Positions 1 through 9,176 of a stretch of 64,000 nucleotides of DNA are shown here, one piece after another (position 1 is the first letter of the stretch; each line of letters starts with the position of its first letter). The position numbers and the translations under genes were made by a program. Below the pieces are notes generated by a model. It did no database searches. It had not been told where the DNA came from and saw only the letters and a program-made list of their open reading frames with translations. The stretch comes from Bacteroidota bacterium (GTDB taxonomy: Bacteria; Bacteroidota; Bacteroidia; Sphingobacteriales; Sphingobacteriaceae): the NCBI GenBank assembly GCA_030830805.1, contig JAURMH010000043.1, positions 1,248 through 65,247 of the forward strand, written 5' to 3'.

Positions 1-114
1 GGCGAACCAATCGTACACATCTAATTTACTGCAACCTCCGTCCGTCATGCAGGAACCATTGCTTTTACAACCAGCTGGCGCACAGCCCCCGGTCGAACAT
101 GATCCACATCCCAT
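1..114 (-). CDS. PSP1/RicT-like protein, N-terminal fragment (continues past the left edge of the window)
   Basis: A minus-strand ATG at 114 opens a frame reading MGCGSCSTGGCAPAGCKSNGSCMTDGGCSKLDVYDWFA, which stays open to position 1. The Cys/Gly-rich N-terminus and the position 4 nt downstream of holB fit the widespread holB-PSP1 (yaaT/ricT) gene pair. Only 38 codons are visible. Confidence 0.5.
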   Translation of the reverse strand, partial: MGCGSCSTGGCAPAGCKSNGSCMTDGGCSKLDVYDWFA

Positions 115-118
115 AGTT

Positions 119-1261
119 TTATTCGTTTATTGTTAACTGCGAATTTACATTTTTCAATTGTAAATTTCTCATCATCTGAATACTGAGGTCCAAAAACATG
201 ATTTTTGGGTTCGCATTGCGTTCTATATGATATACAGCCTGCTCAAAACCTTTGATGATGAGTGGCGCATTTTCGAAATTAATGGTATTTGCCAATTTGT
301 TGAGTTCAAAATGCTTGCTTTCAAACTTGATAATACTCGTTTGGTCTAGATTTACCATTAAACAGTCTCTGACTACTTGCAAACCAAACCTTAATAAACT
401 TTTTTGATTTTCTCTTCCAAAACGAGCATTGGCTACTTGCTCTATCCAATCGTTTATTTCTACTCCTTTTCTGCCATAACAAAGCCTAAACCATTGAATA
501 AATAAGCTTTCCAAATCATCATCGTCTTCGGCTAATAATTGCTGTGCAGCAGCAATATTGCCATTTGCTAAATAGGCAATTCTTCCCGCTTTTTCTTGAG
601 GGCAACCATTGTCTATCAAATAGGCTTTGAGCTCTTCATCTGCTAATTTTGGAATCTTAATTAATTGTGTTCGCGAGAGTATTGTGGCTAAAATTTGCTC
701 ATAGTTTTCGGCAATTAAAATAAATAGGGTTTTAGCTGGTGGTTCTTCAATTAATTTCAATAAAGAATTTCCGGCTGCTCCTAAATATTCTGGCAACCAT
801 ATTAAAATAATTTTATATTCTGCTTCAAAGGATTTTAATACCAATTTTTGAATAATAGCATGACATTCTGCAATATTAATATTTGGTTGTTTGTTTTCTG
901 CATCTAGGTATTCCATCCATTGTTCTATACCCATGAAAGGGTTTTCTGCAATGGCGTTGCGCCATTCTTTAATATAATTGACTGCTGTTTCTGCCGATCC
1001 TTTAGAAATAAAAGGGTAACTAAAATGTAAATCTGGATGTATGAGTTTTTGGTATTTAGTACAAGATGAACATTTGCCACAACTGTCGTCTGGTAGTTTT
1101 TCTAAACAAGAAATATATTGTGCATAGGCCAATGCTAATGCTAAACTTCCGCTTCCTTCTGGTCCAAGAAATAATTGCGCATGACTAATGCGCGCTTCAT
1201 TTACAGAATTAATTAATCTTTTTTTGACGGCTTGCTGACCCGGAATATCTTTAAAAAACAT
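119..1261 (-). CDS. holB: DNA polymerase III subunit delta-prime
   Basis: 380 aa. It has a degenerate P-loop (FLGPEGSGSLALALAYAQYI), a Cys cluster (CGKCSSC) and an SRT sensor motif (ILSRTQLIKI), all typical of clamp-loader delta-prime. Confidence 0.85.
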   Translation of the reverse strand: MFFKDIPGQQAVKKRLINSVNEARISHAQLFLGPEGSGSLALALAYAQYISCLEKLPDDSCGKCSSCTKYQKLIHPDLHFSYPFISKGSAETAVNYIKEWRNAIAENPFMGIEQWMEYLDAENKQPNINIAECHAIIQKLVLKSFEAEYKIILIWLPEYLGAAGNSLLKLIEEPPAKTLFILIAENYEQILATILSRTQLIKIPKLADEELKAYLIDNGCPQEKAGRIAYLANGNIAAAQQLLAEDDDDLESLFIQWFRLCYGRKGVEINDWIEQVANARFGRENQKSLLRFGLQVVRDCLMVNLDQTSIIKFESKHFELNKLANTINFENAPLIIKGFEQAVYHIERNANPKIMFLDLSIQMMRNLQLKNVNSQLTINE

Positions 1262-1370
1262 GCTGCAATTTAAGAATTTTAGCCCGATAAGCCAACCGCA
1301 TCAAGTAATTTATAAAACTCTTTCTTACTAAATAATATGAATAAAAAGTTTAAAAATGTTGGAATGCGAT

Positions 1371-1378
1371 TATCTTTG
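1371..1378 (+). promoter_or_regulatory. candidate -7 promoter box for ruvX-def
   Basis: TATCTTTG matches the Bacteroidota sigma-A -7 consensus TAnnTTTG. It ends 4 nt before the ATG at 1383 and 16 nt before the ATG at 1395. Confidence 0.35.
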
Positions 1379-1394
1379 CATCATGGGAAGATGG

Positions 1395-1793
1395 ATGGCA
1401 TTCGATTATGGAAGCAAACGAACGGGAATAGCCGTAACGGATCCTTTGAATATCATTGCAACTGGCCTTACCACCATTGCGAGCGAAGCGCTGCTGGAAT
1501 TTATCAAAAAATATTTATCAACAGAGCAGGTATCCATTTTTGTGGTAGGAGAACCTAAGCAAATGGACAATACGCCATCAATGTCTGCGCAAAGTATTAC
1601 ACATTTTGTTGCGCAATTGAATGCGGCATTTCCTGCAATACCAGTAAAAAGAGTTGATGAAAGATTTACTTCTAAAATGGCATCACAAGTTATTGCCCAA
1701 AGCGGAAAATCTAAAAAAGAAAGAGAAAAAAAAGAACATATTGATTTAGTAAGCGCAATTATAATATTGCAGTCTTATATGGAATCAAATTAA
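1395..1793 (+). CDS. ruvX: Holliday junction resolvase-like nuclease RuvX (YqgF)
   Basis: The N-terminus MAFDYGSKRTGIAVTD is the YqgF signature. In-frame ATGs occur at 1383 and 1395, and the TTG-extended ORF-track start at 1356 is unlikely to be real. Confidence 0.85.
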   Translation: MAFDYGSKRTGIAVTDPLNIIATGLTTIASEALLEFIKKYLSTEQVSIFVVGEPKQMDNTPSMSAQSITHFVAQLNAAFPAIPVKRVDERFTSKMASQVIAQSGKSKKEREKKEHIDLVSAIIILQSYMESN

Positions 1794-1802
1794 TTAAATA
1801 AA

Positions 1803-2384
1803 ATGATTTTACCTGTTATTGCTTTTGGCGATCCTGTATTAAGAAAAGTTGGTATAAAAATTACTGCCGATTATCCGCAATTAGCGAGCTTAATTACAGA
1901 TATGTTTGAAACCATGTATCATGCGCATGGTGTGGGTTTAGCCGCGCCACAGGTTGGCTTGGCCATACGCTTATTTATTATTGACGCATCGCCTTTTGAT
2001 GAAGATGAAGAAGACAAGCCAAAGCAATTAAGTTTTAAAAAAGTATTTATCAATGCCGAAATTTTAGAAGAGTCTGGCGAGGAGTGGTCTTTTTCGGAAG
2101 GATGTTTAAGCATTCCAGAAGTAAGGGAAGATGTGGCTAGAAAACCAATTATAAAAATACGCTATCAAGACGAAAATTTTAATACAATAGAAGAAACCTA
2201 TGATGGTATAATTGCCAGAATTATTCAACACGAATACGATCATATTGAAGGGAAGTTATTTGTCGATAAAATTGCTCCGATCAAAAAAAGATTAATTTTA
2301 AAAAAGCTGGATGCGATTACTAAAGGATTGATTCGTCCGGAATATAAAATGAAATACCCTTCATCGAAGAAGAAAAAAAGCTAG
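1803..2384 (+). CDS. def: peptide deformylase
   Basis: All three deformylase motifs are present: GVGLAAPQVG, EGCLS and QHEYDHIEG. Confidence 0.95.
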   Translation: MILPVIAFGDPVLRKVGIKITADYPQLASLITDMFETMYHAHGVGLAAPQVGLAIRLFIIDASPFDEDEEDKPKQLSFKKVFINAEILEESGEEWSFSEGCLSIPEVREDVARKPIIKIRYQDENFNTIEETYDGIIARIIQHEYDHIEGKLFVDKIAPIKKRLILKKLDAITKGLIRPEYKMKYPSSKKKKS

Positions 2385-3031
2385 TCTTCTTTTTTCTCGT
2401 TTTTCAAATTTATTTTTCCTTCGTTTAATAATTGAATAAATTGATTGATTTTTACTAAATCAAATAGTGGGTTGTACCTATTTTGGCCTGCCCAGTATAG
2501 CTTTTCGCTGCTTTGTTGGAAAAAGTATTTGCTATTTTGAGAGCCATCCCAGGCCATTGTATTTTTAAGCGTATTCATTACTTTCTCGTCTAAATTTTTC
2601 TGTGCCAACATTAAATCATCATCCGCTAATTTTAGTTTTAAAAAAGCTTGCTTAAATTGTTCAAGGGTTGCAAATGGAAAAATATAAACCATCGGAATAT
2701 TAAAACTCTCTGGTTTTAACTTAAATATAGCCGAAACGGAGTTGTTCATTAAATTATCTGGAATAATAATTTCTTGTTTTTTAAATCCTAGACAAGCAAT
2801 CCGAACGGTATCGCCAACACCAACTACCAGCGAAAAGAAACCGCGAAAATCACTGAAGGTTCCTTTGTAACCTCTAGATACATTAAAAACATTGACGAAT
2901 GGGAGAGGCGCTAAACTATCGGCATGAAGAATAATTCCAGAAAATTGCACGAGCTTTTTTTCTTGTGCATGCAAAGTTTGCGATGCAAAAGTAATCAATA
3001 GGAGAAAAAAAAGTTGTTTAATTTTTTTCAA
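2381..3031 (-). CDS. secreted hypothetical protein with a carboxypeptidase-regulatory-like N-terminal domain
   Basis: It has a signal peptide (MKKIKQLFFLLLITFASQTLHAQ) followed by an FSGIILHADSLAPLPFVNVF...GFF..V beta-sandwich pattern. The function is unknown. Confidence 0.5.
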   Translation of the reverse strand: MKKIKQLFFLLLITFASQTLHAQEKKLVQFSGIILHADSLAPLPFVNVFNVSRGYKGTFSDFRGFFSLVVGVGDTVRIACLGFKKQEIIIPDNLMNNSVSAIFKLKPESFNIPMVYIFPFATLEQFKQAFLKLKLADDDLMLAQKNLDEKVMNTLKNTMAWDGSQNSKYFFQQSSEKLYWAGQNRYNPLFDLVKINQFIQLLNEGKINLKNEKKED

Positions 3032-3054
3032 TGCAAATAGGGTAATAGCGTTAA

Positions 3055-3096
3055 AACGAAAAGAGCGTTCAACTAGTATGAACGCTCTTTATTTTT
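3055..3096 (-). terminator. intrinsic terminator after the nifU-like gene
   Basis: A 10-bp stem (AGAGCGTTCA at 3062-3071 pairs with TGAACGCTCT at 3079-3088) is flanked by A/T runs. On the minus strand it is followed by TTTCGTTTT. Confidence 0.6.
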
Positions 3097-3390
3097 TTAG
3101 TTTCTTAATCGTTCAGGAAGAACAGCATTCGGATCGTCGGCATCAGTAATGTTAAGCGCTTCAACCGAAGTTATTTCTGGAATCGCACGCTTTAAAGCCT
3201 GCTCAACGCCTGCTTTTAAAGTCATGATACTCATTGGACAAGATCCACAAGCACCCAATAATTTTAATTTAACAACCATGTCGTCTGTCACTTCGTGAAG
3301 TGCCACATTTCCACCATCTGCTTCTAAATAGGGTCTTATTTGGTCTAGTGCATTTTCAATGCGCTCTATTAATTCTGGGCTTGTGTTCAT
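3097..3390 (-). CDS. NifU-like Fe-S cluster assembly domain protein
   Basis: 97 aa with the CGSCPMS motif ([16 protein letters not shown]) of the NifU C-terminal domain. It lies next to apbC. Confidence 0.85.
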   Translation of the reverse strand: MNTSPELIERIENALDQIRPYLEADGGNVALHEVTDDMVVKLKLLGACGSCPMSIMTLKAGVEQALKRAIPEITSVEALNITDADDPNAVLPERLRN

Positions 3391-3410
3391 TATTTCTTAA
3401 TAATTTTATA

Positions 3411-3418
3411 CAAAGATA
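3411..3418 (-). promoter_or_regulatory. candidate -7 promoter box for the nifU-like gene
   Basis: Minus-strand TATCTTTG, 20 nt upstream of the ATG at 3390. Confidence 0.35.
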
Positions 3419-3435
3419 CGTTATTTATAATAATA

Positions 3436-4515
3436 CTAAATTAGGTTATTTTTATGTAAACCTGCATTGATTAAAGCGACCTGTTGAGCTACTTTAGAAG
3501 CAATATTTACCATTGCAATAGCTGTAGGGTGGTTTTCTTGAAGTGAAATAGGCGCACCCGAATCGCTAGATTCGCCTACCGATTGTACCAATGGAATTTC
3601 GCCTAAAAATGGCACTTCAAATTGTTCCGCCAATTTTTTACCGCCATCTTTTCCAAAAATAAAGTATTGATGATCGGGCATTTCTGCTGGACTGAAATAA
3701 GACATGTTTTCGATTACGCCTAATACTGGAATTTTAATACCGTCCATTCTAAACATGGCCATTCCTTTTCTTGCGTCTGCAACTGCAATATTTTGTGGGG
3801 TGGTCACAATTACAGCGCCAGTTATTGGAAATTGTTGGCCTAATGTAATGTGCACATCTCCAGTTCCTGGAGGGGTATCTACAATTAAATAATCTAGTTC
3901 GCCCCAATTGGCATCGTTAAATAATTGTTTTAATGCAGTAGTAACCATTGGGCCTCTCCACGGAATGGCTTGGTTAGGATCAACAAAAAATCCAATAGAC
4001 AATAATTTGATTCCGTATTTTTCTATAGGAAGCAAACTTACTTTATCTCCATTTTTTTCTGCTGCTGGTTTTGCGCCTTCTAACTTGAACATCATTGGAA
4101 TAGAAGGGCCATAAATATCGGCATCTATCAATCCAACTTTTGCACCTTGTTTACTTAAACTAATAGCCAAGTTTACCGCAACAGTCGATTTTCCAACACC
4201 GCCTTTACCAGATGCTACGAGTACTATGTTTTTAATATTTGGAAAGCTTGGATCTTTTGCTGCAGTTGTTACTCTACTAGTCATGTTTATTTTTACAACT
4301 GCATTTTTATCTACAAAATGATGAATGGCATTGATGCATGCGTTCTCGATCATTGCTTTTAAAGGGCAAGCGGGGGTGGTTAAAATAACAGAAAAGCGCA
4401 CTTCGTTTCCGCTAATCTCCACATCTTCTATCATATTTAAAGTAACCAAATCTTTTTTCAAATCGGGTTCTTCTACATTACTTAAGGCACTTAAAATTTG
4501 TTCTTTGGTATACAT
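3436..4515 (-). CDS. apbC: Mrp/ApbC/NBP35 family Fe-S cluster carrier ATPase
   Basis: It has a deviant Walker A (SGKGGVGKST), a DUF59-like N-terminal domain, and a ParA/Mrp-type core. Confidence 0.9.
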   Translation of the reverse strand: MYTKEQILSALSNVEEPDLKKDLVTLNMIEDVEISGNEVRFSVILTTPACPLKAMIENACINAIHHFVDKNAVVKINMTSRVTTAAKDPSFPNIKNIVLVASGKGGVGKSTVAVNLAISLSKQGAKVGLIDADIYGPSIPMMFKLEGAKPAAEKNGDKVSLLPIEKYGIKLLSIGFFVDPNQAIPWRGPMVTTALKQLFNDANWGELDYLIVDTPPGTGDVHITLGQQFPITGAVIVTTPQNIAVADARKGMAMFRMDGIKIPVLGVIENMSYFSPAEMPDHQYFIFGKDGGKKLAEQFEVPFLGEIPLVQSVGESSDSGAPISLQENHPTAIAMVNIASKVAQQVALINAGLHKNNLI

Positions 4516-4568
4516 TGTATTTAATTAATAATTCATTAGATAATAAACAGATAGGCTTAAGAATTGTT

Positions 4569-4949
4569 TTATAAGCCAAGGTGAATGTGACTGCTTTTGC
4601 TACTTATATTCCCGGCATCGTCTTCGGCAACAATGTCAAAATTAACAAAGGTATATGCGCTATCATTCATAATTAAAAAAGTATCAATGCTCGCCATTTT
4701 ATTATTTGGCTTAAATGACATAGTAAGTAATCCTTTGCCAGTTGCTAAATATAATCGCAAGCTAGTTGCTGTAATTTGGCTATTATCAGAAAAATTAATT
4801 TTGAAAAAAGCAGTATCGTTAAAGTCGTATACCTGATGGTTAGACGGAGAAATTTTAGTAATCATTACCGCTGGGTCAATATTATTAGTTTCTTCGCAGC
4901 TGAAAAGCAAAAGACTACATCCGACGATTAAAAAAAAAATATATTTCAT
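4569..4949 (-). CDS. hypothetical lipoprotein (small Ig-like beta-sandwich)
   Basis: It has a lipoprotein signal (LLLFSC). The beta-rich sequence ending in VAEDDAGN resembles small Bacteroidota Ig-like lipoproteins. The function is unknown. Confidence 0.5.
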   Translation of the reverse strand: MKYIFFLIVGCSLLLFSCEETNNIDPAVMITKISPSNHQVYDFNDTAFFKINFSDNSQITATSLRLYLATGKGLLTMSFKPNNKMASIDTFLIMNDSAYTFVNFDIVAEDDAGNISSKSSHIHLGL

Positions 4950-5014
4950 AATAAGATTTGGTTAACAAAATTACCATTATTCCATTTATTATTTATTATT
5001 TTCAGCCTTTATTC

Positions 5015-6940
5015 ATGAAAAAACTTAAAATAACATTATTGGTATTTTTGAGCTTATGCATATTGGGTGTAGGTTTAGCTATTGGCTTTAGAGAACGCAT
5101 TATGTTAGCCGTTATTGCTAAAGTAGTTGCTGCACAAAAAGAACGCAATAAGCTAACGATTAGCATTAAAGAGGCTAAATTCGAGGGTCTTGGTGCCGTA
5201 GCTTTAAATGAAATAACAGTAGTGCCTGATTCCTTAGATACTTTGTTGTCGGTAGCACATTTTAAAGTAAAGGTAAATTTATTGCCAATTTTAATTGGTC
5301 GAATTAAAATAGCAGAACTGATTGTAAAAGGGGCCAATTTACATTTGGTTAATTTGGCTGGCAAAAGAAACTTCGAATTTTTATTAAAAAATAAAAAAGA
5401 CACTACGAAATTGGTGAATAGCAATATAGATTTAGCGCATATTGCAGATAATTTAATCAACGATTTATTATATAAAGTACCTGCTCGTTTAGATATTCAA
5501 GATTGTAATTTAAAAGTAATTGACAATCGAAATCAATTTACAATTGCAGCTAAAGCAATTCAAATTTTAAATAATCGATTTTATTCCACCTTTATTTTAA
5601 ATAAGAACGAATCTGTTTGGCATGCAGAAGGAAATGTTTACCCAGCAACAAAAAAGTTAAACATGCAGTTTTATGCAGAAAATAAAAAAGTGGAATTACC
5701 CTATATAGAACAAAAGTTTGGGTTGAAAATTAATTTTGACACCGTTTCAACTCGAATGGATGCAATCGACTACCAGTCGGGAAACCTAAGCATTTCGGGC
5801 AATTGGCACATTCACAATTTATTATTGAAGCATACCAAATTGGCGCAGAAAGAAGTGATTGTGCCCTCTGCAGCCATTGATTGTAAAATGTTAATCGGCG
5901 AAAATTTTATTTCCATAGACAGCAGCTCTATGGCTACTTTAGGGAATATACAAATTCATCCATTTGTTAAATATACCATTGCGCCTCAAAAAATTTACGA
6001 GCTCAAAATTAATACGGTTAAAACCGATGCGCAACAATTTATCAATTCTTTTCCTGTTGGTTTATTTGAATCTATTGAAGGCATGAAAGTGGCCGGACAA
6101 CTATCCTATCATTTAAATTTTTATTTGGATAGTAAAGATCCTTGGCATTGTAAGTTTGACTCCAAACTCGCACGCGATAATTTTAAAATAATTCAATTTG
6201 GAAATGTGAATTTTCAAAAAGCAAATGGCAGTTTTATTTATACTGCATTTGAAGGTGGACGCGCGGTAAAGTCTATGATTGTTGGGCCAGAGAGCTTTGG
6301 CTTTACACCCTATGCGCAAATTACCGATTATTTAAAGAACGCCTTATTGACTTCAGAGGATCCATTGTTCTTTTCTCATCGCGGTTTTTATGAAGAAGCA
6401 TTTAGACAATCAATTGCAACCAATTTTGTTGCTGGACGATTTAAACGGGGCGGCAGTACTATCTCCATGCAATTAGTTAAAAATTTATTTTTAACCAGAA
6501 ATAAAACAATTGCCCGAAAGCTAGAAGAAGTATTGATTGTATGGATGATAGAAAATGGAAGGCTGATAGACAAGCAACGCATGTTCGAAGTCTATTTAAA
6601 TATTATTGAGTGGGGACCAAATGTTTATGGTGTTACCGATGCTGCTCGTTTTTATTTTGATAAATTTCCAAGCGAATTAAATTTAGGAGAAAGTATTTTT
6701 TTAGCAAGCATTGTTCCTAAACCTAAAAGATTTAAAGCATCTTTTTTACCTGATGCCGAGCTCAAACCCTATATGCATAAGTATTTTAAGCTGATTGGGG
6801 GCTTAATGGTTCGCAGAGGCAAAGTGCCAGCCACAGACACCATTGGAATATTTAATAGTGTTAAAGTAAAGAGCTTGGCTAAGAGTATGATTCTGGCGGT
6901 AGATACCATTGCTGCTCCAATAATAGAAGAGGAAAACTAA
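5015..6940 (+). CDS. monofunctional peptidoglycan glycosyltransferase (GT51) with a large uncharacterised N-terminal region
   Basis: GT51 motifs are present in the C-terminal third: EDPLFFSHRGF, GGSTISMQL and RKLEEV. There is no transpeptidase domain. The ATG at 5015 (MKKLKITLLVF, a TM anchor) is preferred over the TTG at 4958. Confidence 0.8.
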   Translation: MKKLKITLLVFLSLCILGVGLAIGFRERIMLAVIAKVVAAQKERNKLTISIKEAKFEGLGAVALNEITVVPDSLDTLLSVAHFKVKVNLLPILIGRIKIAELIVKGANLHLVNLAGKRNFEFLLKNKKDTTKLVNSNIDLAHIADNLINDLLYKVPARLDIQDCNLKVIDNRNQFTIAAKAIQILNNRFYSTFILNKNESVWHAEGNVYPATKKLNMQFYAENKKVELPYIEQKFGLKINFDTVSTRMDAIDYQSGNLSISGNWHIHNLLLKHTKLAQKEVIVPSAAIDCKMLIGENFISIDSSSMATLGNIQIHPFVKYTIAPQKIYELKINTVKTDAQQFINSFPVGLFESIEGMKVAGQLSYHLNFYLDSKDPWHCKFDSKLARDNFKIIQFGNVNFQKANGSFIYTAFEGGRAVKSMIVGPESFGFTPYAQITDYLKNALLTSEDPLFFSHRGFYEEAFRQSIATNFVAGRFKRGGSTISMQLVKNLFLTRNKTIARKLEEVLIVWMIENGRLIDKQRMFEVYLNIIEWGPNVYGVTDAARFYFDKFPSELNLGESIFLASIVPKPKRFKASFLPDAELKPYMHKYFKLIGGLMVRRGKVPATDTIGIFNSVKVKSLAKSMILAVDTIAAPIIEEEN

Positions 6941-8469
6941 TATACATCTTTGTCTAGGCTTCTATAATGAATCGCTTCTAACAAATGTTTTGTTTCGATG
7001 TTGGTGTCATTTGCTAAATCTGCAATGGTTCGTGCCACTTTTAAAATACGATCGTAGGCACGAGCAGAAAGCCCCAATTTTTCCATTGCCTGTTTTAAAA
7101 TAGACAATCCTTCTTTATCGATTTTACAATATTCGCGTAACAGCTTCGTATTTATTTGTGCATTACAATGAATATTTTTTAAATTTTTATATCGTTCAGA
7201 TTGAATCTGTCTGGTTTGAATTACCCTACTTCTTACTTGACTGCTCAATTCCCCTTTTCGCTGATCCGATAATTCATTAAAACTAATGGGCGAAACTTCA
7301 ATATGAATATCGATGCGATCTAATAATGGTCCAGAAACTTTACTAAGATATCTTTGTACAATTCCAGGTGGACAAGTGCATTGTTTTTCAGGGTGATTGT
7401 AAAAGCCGCATGGGCAGGGGTTCATAGAAGCAACCAACATAAAACTTGCCGGGTATTCTACGCTGTGTCTTGATCTGGCAATGTTCACTTTTCTTTCTTC
7501 AAGTGGCTGTCGCATGACCTCTAAAACACTTCTTTTAAATTCTGGCAATTCGTCTAAGAACAACACGCCATTGTGAGACAAGGAGATTTCGCCTGGTTGC
7601 GGATTTCCACCACCGCCCACTAAAGCTACATCAGATATAGTATGATGCGGAGAACGAAACGGCCTAATCATCATTAAAGAATTATTATTAGTTAATTTCC
7701 CTGCAACCGAATGAATTTTTGTAGTTTCTAAGGCTTCGCTTCTACTCAATGGCGGCAATATACTTGGCAATCTTTTGGCCAACATGGTTTTGCCAGAACC
7801 TGGTGGGCCTATTAATATAACATTGTGGCCGCCAGCAGCAGCAATTTCTAATGCACGTTTAATATTTTCTTGACCTTTCACATCCGAAAAATCGAAATCG
7901 AATTTTTCGGCGGCTTCTGGCATTAAGTTTTCGGTAGCTACTTGTGTTGCTTGCCCATGGTATTCCCCTTTAAAAAAATGAATGACCTCTAAAATATTTT
8001 GCATGCCAAAAATAGCAAGCTCCGAAACAATGGCTGCCTCTTTTGCATTTTGAAGTGGAAGAATAAAACCTTTAAAGCCTTTTTTCTGGGCTTCAATCGC
8101 AATAGGTAAGGCGCCTTTGATTGGCTTTAGGCTACCATCTAAAGAAAGCTCCCCCATAATTAAATATTCGCTTAGAAAGCTTGCCGGTATTTGTTCTGCA
8201 GCTGCTAAAATGCCAATCGCAATGGTGAGGTCGTAGGATGATCCTTCTTTACGAATATCTGCAGGTGCCATATTCACTATAATTTTCATTCTTGGCATAT
8301 GGTAGCCAAAATTTTTAATGGCAGATTCAATTCTTAGGTGACTTTCTTTAACTGCACTATCGGGTAGTCCAACTAAAAAATAATCGACTCCAGTTACAAT
8401 ATTAACTTCAACAGTAATTAATATAGCATTTACGCCTTGAACAGCACAACCAAAAGTTTTAACGAGCAT
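6937..8469 (-). CDS. comM: YifB/ComM family Mg-chelatase-like AAA+ ATPase
   Basis: 510 aa with a Lon-like N-terminal domain, a Walker A (GPPGSGKT), a Cys cluster (CPCG...C.C) and the ChlI-like C-terminus typical of ComM/YifB. Confidence 0.9.
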   Translation of the reverse strand: MLVKTFGCAVQGVNAILITVEVNIVTGVDYFLVGLPDSAVKESHLRIESAIKNFGYHMPRMKIIVNMAPADIRKEGSSYDLTIAIGILAAAEQIPASFLSEYLIMGELSLDGSLKPIKGALPIAIEAQKKGFKGFILPLQNAKEAAIVSELAIFGMQNILEVIHFFKGEYHGQATQVATENLMPEAAEKFDFDFSDVKGQENIKRALEIAAAGGHNVILIGPPGSGKTMLAKRLPSILPPLSRSEALETTKIHSVAGKLTNNNSLMMIRPFRSPHHTISDVALVGGGGNPQPGEISLSHNGVLFLDELPEFKRSVLEVMRQPLEERKVNIARSRHSVEYPASFMLVASMNPCPCGFYNHPEKQCTCPPGIVQRYLSKVSGPLLDRIDIHIEVSPISFNELSDQRKGELSSQVRSRVIQTRQIQSERYKNLKNIHCNAQINTKLLREYCKIDKEGLSILKQAMEKLGLSARAYDRILKVARTIADLANDTNIETKHLLEAIHYRSLDKDVY

Positions 8470-8479
8470 TTTTTTATTT

Positions 8480-8487
8480 CAAAATTA
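8480..8487 (-). promoter_or_regulatory. candidate -7 promoter box for comM
   Basis: Minus-strand TAATTTTG, 10 nt upstream of the ATG at 8469. Confidence 0.35.
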
Positions 8488-8539
8488 ATGGAAAGAAAAT
8501 GCTAGTTCAACTTAATATATGCTAGTTTTTATTTGCAAA

Positions 8540-9109
8540 CTATTTTAGATGTCTTTCGATGAAATCGATTAAGGAGTGAATTACTTTGATATGAATTTCT
8601 TGCGCCCTATCTGCATAATCAGATTTGGGTGCACGAATTTCTACATCGGCTAAGCCAGCTAATTGTCCGCCGTCTTTTCCAGTAAGACAAACAACATGTA
8701 AGCCTTTTGATTTAGCAGTTGCTACTGCATTGATAATATTTTTTGAATTACCCGAAGTGCTTATGCCTAGTAATACATCACCTTCGTTTGCCAATGCTTC
8801 TAAGTATCTTGAAAAAATAAAATCATAACCATAATCATTTCCTACACAAGAAATGTGAGAAGGATCCGAAATCGAAATGGCGGCTAAGGCTTTACGATCA
8901 TTTCTATATCTGCCGCTAAGCTCTTCTGCAAAATGCATCGCGTCGCACATAGAACCTCCATTACCACAAGAAATAATTTTTTTACCATTTGCCAAGGCGC
9001 TTACCATTAGTTGGCCAGCGGCTTCGATAGCTTGTAAATTTTTTTCGGCTGCAATAAATGCTGCTAGCACCTCTTGTGCTTCTATGAAATGTTTTTTGAT
9101 CGCGTCCAT
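8540..9109 (-). CDS. gmhA: D-sedoheptulose-7-phosphate isomerase (SIS domain)
   Basis: It carries the SIS motif [17 protein letters not shown] and a GISTSGNS loop. The ATG at 9109 (MDAIKKHF) is preferred over the TTG at 9115. Confidence 0.85.
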   Translation of the reverse strand: MDAIKKHFIEAQEVLAAFIAAEKNLQAIEAAGQLMVSALANGKKIISCGNGGSMCDAMHFAEELSGRYRNDRKALAAISISDPSHISCVGNDYGYDFIFSRYLEALANEGDVLLGISTSGNSKNIINAVATAKSKGLHVVCLTGKDGGQLAGLADVEIRAPKSDYADRAQEIHIKVIHSLIDFIERHLK

Positions 9110-9112
9110 ACC

Positions 9113-9120
9113 CAAAAGTA
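9113..9120 (-). promoter_or_regulatory. candidate -7 promoter box for gmhA
   Basis: Minus-strand TACTTTTG, only 3 nt upstream of the ATG at 9109. Confidence 0.3.
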
Positions 9121-9176
9121 CTAAATTTTATATTTCTAAGAATTGATTTATTATCTTGTTTCTCAAATTCAAGAAA

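Noticed and set aside
1337-1558. 73-aa ORF overlapping the start of ruvX in another frame.
   Set aside because: The ruvX frame carries the YqgF signature. The alternative frame has no features.
5002-5460. 152-aa antisense ORF inside the GT51 gene. There are similar long antisense ORFs at 13919-14341 (in ftsH), 21646-22011, 39122-39580, 46030-46407 and 56924-57328.
   Set aside because: Each lies opposite a gene with strong motif support. The translations are low-complexity and rich in Ser/Leu/Lys/Phe, with no recognisable motifs. This is the usual shadow-frame pattern, so I do not treat them as evidence of overlapping genes.
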